A stretch of DNA of 64,000 bases from a virus, in the UHGV virus genome UHGV-0210098. One strand, given 5' to 3'. Position 1 is the stretch's first letter, and the number at the start of each line of letters is the position of its first letter. This document shows positions 57,100 to 64,000 of the stretch, one piece after another. The position numbers and the translations under genes were made by a program. Below the pieces are notes generated by a model that was not told the DNA's origin, ran no database searches, and saw only the letters and a list, made by a program, of their open reading frames with translations.

Positions 57100-57373
57100 T
57101 GTTCAAATGTTTTTTAAGTTGGCTACTGATTTTGAATTTCACTGTACGCTGTGCCGGCACCACCACGGTAGTACCCGCGTTGATGTTACGCGCCTTGCGC
57201 TCCTTTGTGGTCTTGACTTCGAGAGAGCCAAAGCCACGGAGGTACACGTTCTCGCCACGAGCGAAAGCGTCTGTAAGAATGTCGGTCACACCGTCAACGA
57301 CATGGAGAGCCGTAGACTTAGGCAGGTCGGCGATACGTTTGCAGAGTTCTGCTGCGATGTCATTTCTTGTCAT
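57086..57373 (-). CDS. HU/IHF-family DNA-binding protein
   Basis: 95 aa. GFGSLEVKTTKERKARNINAGTTVVVPAQRTVKFK is the conserved HU beta-arm region (GFGxFEV...R.G.NP.T). Confidence 0.8.
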   Translation of the reverse strand: MTRNDIAAELCKRIADLPKSTALHVVDGVTDILTDAFARGENVYLRGFGSLEVKTTKERKARNINAGTTVVVPAQRTVKFKISSQLKKHLNNDAL

Positions 57374-57540
57374 GATTAGATGAATTTGAAAGTTGTTTTT
57401 TGATTTTACGATTTATCTTATCTCTTAATTGGGCTATTGCCCAGGCATGAGTGCTATTCCGTAGTCCTTTCAACGACTTGTAGTGTTGTTCTGCAATATC
57501 AAGGCAGGAGAGAATGCGATCCATATCGGAGTTACTGACT

Positions 57541-58962
57541 TCAACCATAGTCGAGGAAAGAATTAACAAGTTCGTCAAAGTACATTTCATCGGTCGGTAT
57601 ATCATCATCGGAGGCCATTATCTGATTGGCTATGCTCCGTTTCTTATGGATGATGTTATAGAGAACCGGGTCAATGGTATTGCGTCCGATAAGGTAGTAG
57701 CAGTTCACGTTGTTCTTTTGGCCTATGCGGTGCGCTCTGTCCTCACATTGGCAGCAGTCGGCATAAGTCCAAGGAAATTCAACGAAAGCCACGTTTGATG
57801 AGGCTGTGAGCGTAAGACCCACACCTGCGGCCTTGATGGAGCAGATTATCAGTTGTGCCTTGCCGGACTGAAAGGCATCGACAGCGGCCTGTTTCTCTGC
57901 AAGGCTATCATCGCCGGTTACACGGACGGCATCCGGGAACTGTTTTTGCAGAGCCTTTACAATCTCTTTGAGCGAGCAGAACACGATGAGAGGTTTTCCG
58001 TTGGCAAGGAAGTTGCGAATGAAGTCCGTTGCCTGTTTCACTTTGCCCTTTGAAGCGAGCGAGCGCAGTGTCATGAACTTGACAAGAGCCTCCATGCGCA
58101 TCTTGCGGCGTATCTCTCGGTCTGAGCACTGGGTGTATTCACGGAGATAGGCGGCGAGGTCGGCGGCTGCAAGGTCGTATTCCTCACGGTTGGAAATCTC
58201 GACATGGAGGTCGGTGCGCTGCTTGTCGGGCAACTGCGTGAGGACTTTTGCTTTCTCGCGGCGTATCATACAGGTGTCGTAGAGTTTTGCCGACAACTCC
58301 GAAAGGTTCTCATTCTCGCCGTAGTCGGCAAGAAACTTGCCCCGGCCACCGAAATCAGAGAGCAACCGCCCCATGATGGCGAGCTGCGCCACGAGGTCTT
58401 GTGCATGATTGACAACCGGGGTGCCGGAGAGCAGTATGCGCCACTCCTTACCCTCTACAATTCCTCGTGTGAACATAGTCTGTTGTGCGGAGGGGTCTTT
58501 GAGGCGGTGGGACTCGTCCATGATTACAGACTTGAAAATGTTGATGTCGCGATTGAACACAACATCTTTGAGGGAGAATGTCTTGCCGCCCTTGATGTCC
58601 CACACAAAGAACTTCTTCAGACTTTCATAATTGACGATGGCCACACTAAACATACCCATACCGAGAAGATACGGCCACGATGTGCGAGTAGCATTGTCAA
58701 GCACAAGAGCCTTTTTGTTTGTGAACTTCTCAAACTCGCGCTGCCAATTGATTTTCAGAGAGGACGGACAGATTACCAAGCAAGGGTAAGCGGAGGCAGT
58801 ATCGACAATGCCAATGCTCTGCAAGGTCTTTCCAAGTCCCGGCTCGTCACCAATCAACAGACGGCGGCGGTCGAGGCCGAAGCGAATACCGTCTTTCTGA
58901 TATTCGTAAGGCTCTACACGGAGGTTATGTTTTAAGGCTGTTGTCATAGGGCTAAACACCAA
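57541..58962 (-). CDS. SNF2-family helicase (473 aa)
   Basis: DEPGLGKTLQSIG (motif I), VIMDESHRLKD (motif II), LLSGTPVVN (motif III) and C-terminal LTLTASSNVAFVEFPW..QCEDRAHRIGQ (motif VI). Confidence 0.8.
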   Translation of the reverse strand: MVFSPMTTALKHNLRVEPYEYQKDGIRFGLDRRRLLIGDEPGLGKTLQSIGIVDTASAYPCLVICPSSLKINWQREFEKFTNKKALVLDNATRTSWPYLLGMGMFSVAIVNYESLKKFFVWDIKGGKTFSLKDVVFNRDINIFKSVIMDESHRLKDPSAQQTMFTRGIVEGKEWRILLSGTPVVNHAQDLVAQLAIMGRLLSDFGGRGKFLADYGENENLSELSAKLYDTCMIRREKAKVLTQLPDKQRTDLHVEISNREEYDLAAADLAAYLREYTQCSDREIRRKMRMEALVKFMTLRSLASKGKVKQATDFIRNFLANGKPLIVFCSLKEIVKALQKQFPDAVRVTGDDSLAEKQAAVDAFQSGKAQLIICSIKAAGVGLTLTASSNVAFVEFPWTYADCCQCEDRAHRIGQKNNVNCYYLIGRNTIDPVLYNIIHKKRSIANQIMASDDDIPTDEMYFDELVNSFLDYG

Positions 58963-59606
58963 TACTGAAATGCCAATTCAAGATACTTATCACGTCCACG
59001 CTGATATACAGGGTCGTCGCGGCGTATGCGAGTGGTGAACACGTTGCAGTTGCGCTTGCTGATTGCATAGATGAAATCGCAGTCGGAGTGTGCGATGTCC
59101 ATGTACCAAGCGCGGCTCCTGTCCCAATCGAAAAAGTCTATTGCGTCCTCAAATTCCTTTTGAGTTGAGGCTGCACAGGTCTTTAGGTCGCCGCCGAAGT
59201 GGTAGAGAGGTAGCCACCAATCCCATTTGCAGCGCGTATCGAGGGAGAAAGGAAAACCGCCATACTCAAACGCCTGGGCTTGATTAACCATGAACCGCTG
59301 AGTTTCGGCCTCCTCCAACACTTTTGCGAGAAAAGGGTCATGCCGGGCTGTCATTCGCAGGGAACGGTACATTTCCTTTGCATGGCGGAACTCCTCATCG
59401 GTGTATTGCTCATTATCTACCGTCAGTTGGTAGTAGTTCACTCTGTCCGGCTCAGTGATGATGGCATCAACGAGAGAACCGAAGCGGAAAGCGGCCTCCT
59501 TTACACCCGGCGGCATGGGCACCGGGTGTAACATATTCTTTAGTTCCGTTAGGTCTGAGTTGCTGACCTCGGTACGGTTGTAGTATTCATCGGGATTGTG
59601 GCTCAT
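58944..59606 (-). CDS. Putative PD-(D/E)XK-family nuclease (RecB/Cas4-like)
   Basis: Its position next to the helicase and RecT fits. FGGDLKT resembles the D..K/T motif III region, and FGSLVDAI resembles motif I. Weak. Confidence 0.35.
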   Translation of the reverse strand: MSHNPDEYYNRTEVSNSDLTELKNMLHPVPMPPGVKEAAFRFGSLVDAIITEPDRVNYYQLTVDNEQYTDEEFRHAKEMYRSLRMTARHDPFLAKVLEEAETQRFMVNQAQAFEYGGFPFSLDTRCKWDWWLPLYHFGGDLKTCAASTQKEFEDAIDFFDWDRSRAWYMDIAHSDCDFIYAISKRNCNVFTTRIRRDDPVYQRGRDKYLELAFQYWCLAL

Positions 59607-59872
59607 AACATGATATTGTGTGGAATTTGCAGATTACCTTTATATCCTAAAGCCGAAAGATGTTCCATGAGCATACGAGGTGGGAACTTACTCAACTCCT
59701 CATGATATATCGGCTCAATTCTGCTTTTAGAGCCAGTTTCAGATATACGTTTAGCTCTGCAAGCCTTACACTCGTTAGTGTACCCATCCTTGGATTTACC
59801 ATGACGAAGAAACTCCGTTACAGGCTTCTCAACGCCGCAGCATGAGCACCTCTTTGTCTTTATATCTTCCAT
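59603..59872 (-). CDS. Small zinc-ribbon protein (89 aa)
   Basis: CSCCG...CKAC cysteine pairs. Confidence 0.4.
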   Translation of the reverse strand: MEDIKTKRCSCCGVEKPVTEFLRHGKSKDGYTNECKACRAKRISETGSKSRIEPIYHEELSKFPPRMLMEHLSALGYKGNLQIPHNIML

Positions 59873-59874
59873 AA

Positions 59875-61080
59875 TTACTTGGCTTTAACTTCGTCCCTGT
59901 ATTCTACACCACCAATTAACACGGGATCGTCTTTTGAATTGGCTGCTTTGTTGGCAAAGGTGATTTGCTTCTTAAACTCCTTAGCAAGTTCTTCAACGGT
60001 CTTTTTGCAGCCCTCCTGTGAGAACCAAAAGGCTACGACTTTCATGATGTCCTCGGCTGATGAAATGACGACCTCCTTTTTAACCTGCGTTTTAGGTTGG
60101 TAGGTTGCTGGAGTGGCAATCGGCATACCGAAAAGGCCGTCCATCTGCTGCTTCTCCGCAGCGAGTTTGGCTGCTGCTGCTTCCTGCTTTTCGCGTTCAA
60201 GTCGTTCAGCCTCTTTGCGAGCAGCCTCCTCGCGTTCCTTTGCTTCCATATCCGCCTTAATCCTTGCGGCTTCCTCGGCTGAGGCTTTGGCAATGCGCTC
60301 AAGTTCCTTCTTCTTTGATGGCATACGGTCGAAAATATCATCACGAGTGCTTTGTACCTCAAAGGGGAACTGCTCCTTGAAACGGTTGGTAAGGCCGGCC
60401 ATTACGTTGGCTTGGATAGCGCGACACTCGTCCGGGGTGAGTTCCGCAGGACGGTAGGCATTACTTACAACAGTCTGACACCATGTTTCGGGCAGTTCGC
60501 AGTTGTACTCCTTGATGCCATCAAAGATGATTTCGTAGTTGTCGAGGGTGAGCTGCTTATCCATGTCGGTAAGTTCATTGATGCTCTTATTGACAAGCGC
60601 ATTGAACTGTTTGAGGTAATCTTCCTCAACATCGGAACGGTAACGCGCCTTTGCGTTCTCCTTTGCCTGTCGTGCAGCTTCAGCACGGCGGCGGCGTTCC
60701 TCCTCCTCATGTTTCTTCTTGGCGAAAGCGTTGCGGTATGCCTGTAACTGATTGGGGATAGAGTCGGCCTTTGTTGGGTCTACATCATTCTCCATTGAGG
60801 TGTAGACCTTGCGTATTTGGTCGAACAGTTGTGTTACGGGAGTTCGCTTACCGTTCATCTTCTTTACGGTAACCTTTGCCTTTTCGATGAACTTTGCTAT
60901 CTCCATGTCGAGGGCATCTGACATACCCTCTGTCTTTGCTCTTTCAAGCAGTTGTCTACCGGCTTCCAAACAGCGGAAGTGGGAAAGTGAGTTGTCTTTG
61001 TAAGACTGCGGAGCGAGTTCTGCAATCTGTTGCACATTCTTCGGCTCGAAGATGGTTAGTGCCTGTGAGTTGTCTGCCAT
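59875..61080 (-). CDS. Hypothetical protein (401 aa) with a long E/K/R/A-rich coiled-coil segment
   Basis: Clean ORF with no catalytic motif. Confidence 0.5.
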   Translation of the reverse strand: MADNSQALTIFEPKNVQQIAELAPQSYKDNSLSHFRCLEAGRQLLERAKTEGMSDALDMEIAKFIEKAKVTVKKMNGKRTPVTQLFDQIRKVYTSMENDVDPTKADSIPNQLQAYRNAFAKKKHEEEERRRRAEAARQAKENAKARYRSDVEEDYLKQFNALVNKSINELTDMDKQLTLDNYEIIFDGIKEYNCELPETWCQTVVSNAYRPAELTPDECRAIQANVMAGLTNRFKEQFPFEVQSTRDDIFDRMPSKKKELERIAKASAEEAARIKADMEAKEREEAARKEAERLEREKQEAAAAKLAAEKQQMDGLFGMPIATPATYQPKTQVKKEVVISSAEDIMKVVAFWFSQEGCKKTVEELAKEFKKQITFANKAANSKDDPVLIGGVEYRDEVKAK

Positions 61081-61208
61081 GATTGATAATGTTTTATGGA
61101 TTACACGGTTTTGTTTTGCTGTATTCTGTCATGATGCGAAGCCGTGTGCAGTAGTGTCCGTTGAGAGTGTTACGCACAAGCGGACACCCACTGCACGGCC
61201 TATTGTCG

Positions 61209-62159
61209 TTAGAAGCCCTCCTCGTCATCTGTGTTTACGGTTACACCCTGCGGCGGCTCGTTGTCGCCGAAAGGCTGAGGTGCAGCGTCCTGGGGCTTGT
61301 CTATTACTTCGCCGGTTTCCGGGTCTACTCCGTAGATGTCCTCGTCAGAGAGTTGTGGCTGCTCGTCTACCTGCTGTGATTGGAGTTCGGTGCCACGACC
61401 GATACGAACCTTGGGATAAGACTTGAAAGCGTGTTTGATGCACTTGGCCATCAAGAAACCGGGGTCAATGTGGACGATGCCTTTCTCGTCCATTCCGTAG
61501 AGGTCGTTGGCCTTTCCGTTGGGATTAGCCTTGGAGCGGTTCTGTTTCATGGAATAACCGGCGAGGCGACACCAATCCTCGGGGAACATCACGGCATAGT
61601 CAATAGATCCATCAGCGCGAGTGATGCGCAGATAACAGGCCGTGATTGTGTGGCCGGTGTGCGGCAGGTTGCAGGTGTAGGACACTGATTTGCGACCGTC
61701 CACATCCTTGAAAGAAAACTCGTCATTGTCGTAGACAAGCACAGGGTTGTCAGCATGGCGTATCTGGCCGGCGCGTGTACGCATTACCAATTCTCCATAG
61801 GCCGACACGGTGAGGACGCAACGACCCTCCCACTTGGCATTTTCTCTTGTTCCGATATTGACATTGCGACCCATGAGGTAAGCAAGGGCGCGTGTTCCGG
61901 GTTCAAGCGACAGGCCACAGACAGCAAGGTCGATAAACGCGGTGAAGATGCTGAACGGTGTGGCACGTTGCAGCTTTCCGTTGTCGTTATCTCGGAGAGC
62001 CTTGTTGAAGTGGATGCTTTCACGCTGATAGGCTGCTTCGCCATTGCCCCACAGGGTTTCGTAGATTTGCGTGAAGCGTTCACGCACCACATGATGCTCG
62101 ACAATTTCGAGCGGCTTGAGTTGGTTGATTTCCTCAACCGTCATTTGTAGGTTGCCCAT
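61209..62159 (-). CDS. RecT-family single-strand annealing protein
   Basis: TRALAYLMGRNVNIGTRENAKWEGRCVLTVSAYGELVMRTRAGQIRHADNPVLVYDNDEFSF matches the RecT core (aYliPy...iGY.G...la.rSGqi..i...vVye.DeF). The start was moved to MGNLQM at 62159 because the upstream 71 codons of the ORF-track ORF overlie a tRNA gene. Confidence 0.65.
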   Translation of the reverse strand: MGNLQMTVEEINQLKPLEIVEHHVVRERFTQIYETLWGNGEAAYQRESIHFNKALRDNDNGKLQRATPFSIFTAFIDLAVCGLSLEPGTRALAYLMGRNVNIGTRENAKWEGRCVLTVSAYGELVMRTRAGQIRHADNPVLVYDNDEFSFKDVDGRKSVSYTCNLPHTGHTITACYLRITRADGSIDYAVMFPEDWCRLAGYSMKQNRSKANPNGKANDLYGMDEKGIVHIDPGFLMAKCIKHAFKSYPKVRIGRGTELQSQQVDEQPQLSDEDIYGVDPETGEVIDKPQDAAPQPFGDNEPPQGVTVNTDDEEGF

Positions 62160-62294
62160 GATTGATGATGTTAAATTGTTAAACTTCTGCGGATTGCCAT
62201 GATTGAAAATGGAGGCCACGCTTTGGTCGGCTGTTACCTCGCTGTCTGCGCAGCCTCCGTGGTTATCAATCATGTAGCAACTACCGCTACATTG

Positions 62295-62365
62295 TAGCCT
62301 CTGAGGGAGTCGAACCCTCTCTCCAAGAACCAAAATCTTGTGTGCGACCGTCACACCGAGAGGCT
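62295..62365 (-). tRNA. tRNA-Gln: tRNA-Gln (anticodon UUG), 71 nt
   Basis: Folded by hand on the minus strand. Acceptor AGCCTCT/AGAGGCT (7 bp). D-arm GTGT/GCAC with a G18G19-containing loop. Anticodon stem CAAGA/TCTTG with loop TTTTGGT (anticodon TTG). Variable loop GAGA. T-arm GAGGG-TTCGACT-CCCTC. Discriminator A. No CCA is encoded, and position 8 is C rather than U. Confidence 0.75.
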
Positions 62366-62371
62366 GAGCCA

Positions 62372-62620
62372 TTACATTTTCGCAATGTAGAAGCGTATGC
62401 GTTCAGTGGTGTTTGTGCTTGTCACATAGTCGTAGGAGAAATCATCCTTAGAACCTTGTGCGTTCTTGTTGAGGTTTGGACGCTGAAGAACGTGTCGCCA
62501 CATTTCATCGAGTTTCTTCCGGGCTTCATTCTTTGCTTTGTGGTTACAGGCTTCCTGCGTGAAGCGATGAATGATGCGAGGGTGCTTGCCGTCATTGGTC
62601 TTGTATATTGCGTAATCCAT
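62372..62620 (-). CDS. Hypothetical small protein (82 aa)
   Basis: ORF only. Confidence 0.35.
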   Translation of the reverse strand: MDYAIYKTNDGKHPRIIHRFTQEACNHKAKNEARKKLDEMWRHVLQRPNLNKNAQGSKDDFSYDYVTSTNTTERIRFYIAKM

Positions 62621-62630
62621 TGTGAGCTGC

Positions 62631-62912
62631 TTATTTGGTGAGATAATCTTGTTCTGTTCTCTGCAACAGGCGGAGGTCTGCCATGCGATACTCTATTTTG
62701 CCCGGACGCTTATAGGGTTGGACTTTTCCGTTTCGCTTCCAACGGTCTACATTCTTGCGCCCGAAGATGCCATAAGCCTTGCGCTGTGAGATATATTCCG
62801 GGTCGGCTGCATCACTTTTCATCATGCGTACCACTCGCGCAGAGAGGTCACTCATGAATGTTTCGTAGGTGACGAGCTTGTCAGAGAACTGTATGTTTAC
62901 TGTTGGAGGCAT
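62631..62912 (-). CDS. Putative HTH (excisionase/MerR-like, HTH_17-type) DNA-binding protein
   Basis: ...VDRWKRNGKVQPYKRPGKIEYRMADLRLL resembles the winged-helix excisionase-family pattern (v.rW...G.ip..r.g.r..y...dl). Start taken at the internal Met MPPTV. Confidence 0.3.
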   Translation of the reverse strand: MPPTVNIQFSDKLVTYETFMSDLSARVVRMMKSDAADPEYISQRKAYGIFGRKNVDRWKRNGKVQPYKRPGKIEYRMADLRLLQRTEQDYLTK

Positions 62913-62919
62913 ATCGTGA

Positions 62920-63315
62920 TTAGAGTTCGTTCGGATTAGGATTGTCCATAATATCATCACATAGTTTGTCACAAGCCATTATCCAAGGGTCTATCTTGCT
63001 CCAACGCTTGTAGAGTTTGGCAACAACAAAACAGGCGGCGATGCCGAGTGCCTTGTCAATGAAGAAGTGGATAGTCCACGCAAAAAGGCTTTCGTCCATT
63101 TCCTCACCGCAGATGAACAACATTGCGAATGAGCAGAGGATGAACAAAATGGAAATACGGATAATAGAGATTTTCTTATTCATGATGTTTGGGTTTAATT
63201 GGTTCTGAACATGGTGGAACTTGGCGTATTCGACATAACCACCTCGTTTTGTGCAGTAAGTGCCGTTGAGTGCATTGTACGACCATCGGCAGGTAGCGCA
63301 GAATTGGTTTGTCAT
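62920..63315 (-). CDS. Hypothetical membrane protein; possibly two genes (a 44 aa Cys-rich N-terminal part plus an 87 aa TM protein starting at 63183)
   Basis: CATCRWSYNALNGTYC Cys cluster. A later MNKKISIIRISILFILCSFAMLFICG transmembrane segment follows an internal ATG at 63183. Confidence 0.3.
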   Translation of the reverse strand: MTNQFCATCRWSYNALNGTYCTKRGGYVEYAKFHHVQNQLNPNIMNKKISIIRISILFILCSFAMLFICGEEMDESLFAWTIHFFIDKALGIAACFVVAKLYKRWSKIDPWIMACDKLCDDIMDNPNPNEL

Positions 63316-63590
63316 CGTACTTGTCTTAGGGTTATTGGTTTCCGTGACACAACATCATTAAAAATGCCATCGCAGTATGTGGCAATGTTGAGACCTGTTC
63401 GCCTGTTTCGTATCTCAATCTGAGTGTTGAGTAGGTTTGTTCCAACATTGATGACGAGCAAACAGTCCTTTTCTGCCATTCCGCCCACTTTTGCATTACG
63501 GACGATTTGGCAAGCGTGGCCAACAGCGAGCGCAGTATCACGGTCAGCATTTGCAAGGCTTTTGGATGATGGTTGGATAATATAATTCAT
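63312..63590 (-). CDS. Hypothetical protein (92 aa)
   Basis: ORF only. Confidence 0.35.
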   Translation of the reverse strand: MNYIIQPSSKSLANADRDTALAVGHACQIVRNAKVGGMAEKDCLLVINVGTNLLNTQIEIRNRRTGLNIATYCDGIFNDVVSRKPITLRQVR

Positions 63591-63598
63591 AATGATTT

Positions 63599-63841
63599 TT
63601 AAGATTTAATGTGACTAACGGAATAGGTCACGCCGTTGTCTTCTGATGTTACTTTGTACTCCTCGTATCCTGCGGCCTTGTTGAGGCGGCTGACACAAGA
63701 TTTTGCGCTTGCCATAGGACCGGCAACACGACAATCATACGTCACTGTCATTCCCGAAGGAATGGTTTTGAAACTATCCGTCAAAGAAACTCTTTTAACG
63801 AGATAAGGTTTTTGCTGCGTAAATTCTTTGGTTTTCTGCAT
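63599..63841 (-). CDS. Hypothetical protein (80 aa), first gene of the minus-strand block as seen in this window
   Basis: ORF downstream of the operator-like region. Confidence 0.35.
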   Translation of the reverse strand: MQKTKEFTQQKPYLVKRVSLTDSFKTIPSGMTVTYDCRVAGPMASAKSCVSRLNKAAGYEEYKVTSEDNGVTYSVSHIKS

Positions 63842-63912
63842 ATTATTTTGTACTTTTGCGGTTAAACTCAGCGAGTTGCGTTGCTATACCCGAAGTATTG
63901 TGATGCAAAATT

Positions 63913-64000
63913 AAGGAAATATCCTTATTCAAACAAGGAAATAACCTTATTTTCTGTAAGAATTAGGATTTTTTAACATCATCATTAAGGAAATAGCCTT
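63913..64000. promoter_or_regulatory. Three 14 bp imperfect palindromes AAGGAAATA-N-CCTT (63913-63926, 63945-63958, 63987-64000), candidate repressor operator sites
   Basis: Read directly: aaggaaatatcctt, aaggaaataacctt, aaggaaatagcctt. They lie in an AT-rich leader upstream of the minus-strand early genes. The array is cut by the window edge. Confidence 0.45.

Noticed and set aside
53918-57117. Long plus-strand ORFs (53918..54640, 54728..55225, 56043..56456, 56317..57117) antisense to the replication genes
   Set aside because: The minus-strand partners carry clear motifs (DnaC Walker A, HU, DnaD-like). The plus-strand ORFs are low-complexity, Cys/Leu-rich shadows.
62295-62365. tRNA-Gln as the attP/attB core for the integrase
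   Set aside because: The tRNA is complete rather than a 3' fragment. It lies about 62 kb from int in this window, between phage early genes on both sides. A phage-encoded tRNA is more likely, though an att role is not excluded if the element is circularly permuted.
61209-62372. Full 387 aa ORF as the RecT coding sequence
   Set aside because: The first 71 codons overlie the tRNA and carry no RecT similarity. The gene was trimmed to start at 62159.

Overview
The window reads as one temperate Bacteroidales-type phage or prophage, about 64 kb, with a tyrosine integrase at the left end and recognisable modules across the rest. The plus strand (about 3.0 to 49 kb) carries the virion and lysis genes; the terminase genes sit on the minus strand within it. 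In order, these are: a 20.4 kb gene encoding a 6784 aa multidomain 'polyvalent' protein, a portal-like gene, a HAD phosphatase, TerL with a possible TerS, a scaffold-like gene, an MCP-like gene, and a 2778 aa tail-fibre gene. The tail-fibre gene is the target of a diversity-generating retroelement (VR, TR and reverse transcriptase all visible, with adenine-only VR/TR differences). A lysis cassette (two membrane proteins plus an Amidase_3 endolysin) follows, and then three tandem paralogous genes of unknown function. The minus-strand block (49 to 64 kb) is a replication, recombination and modification module. It contains a RecT-like annealase, a PD-(D/E)XK-like nuclease, an SNF2 helicase, HU, DnaD-like and DnaC-like replication proteins, a MazG-like domain, a DPPY-type DNA methyltransferase, and a 61 aa remnant of a C5-cytosine methyltransferase. 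It also carries a complete tRNA-Gln(UUG) hidden inside a spurious ORF start. Non-coding signals include a roughly 400 bp array of 21-22 bp iteron-like repeats next to the integrase, and TGTTGTCC direct repeats at the left edge. There is a perfect inverted repeat in a divergent promoter region, and three AAGGAAATA-N-CCTT palindromes at the right edge. A 15 bp direct repeat flanks a single-gene cassette downstream of the DGR. The most unusual element is the giant polyvalent protein, read as a fusion. Reading order is a ParB-like segment, then a truncated family-I inorganic-pyrophosphatase-like segment, then an N6-adenine methyltransferase and an SF2 helicase (a DarB-like core). A RadC-type JAB domain, an HExxH zincin domain and about 1200 aa of unassignable C-terminal sequence follow. 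The gene sits immediately upstream of the portal gene, the position of injected anti-defence proteins. All domain calls come from motifs read by eye. No database searches were run.
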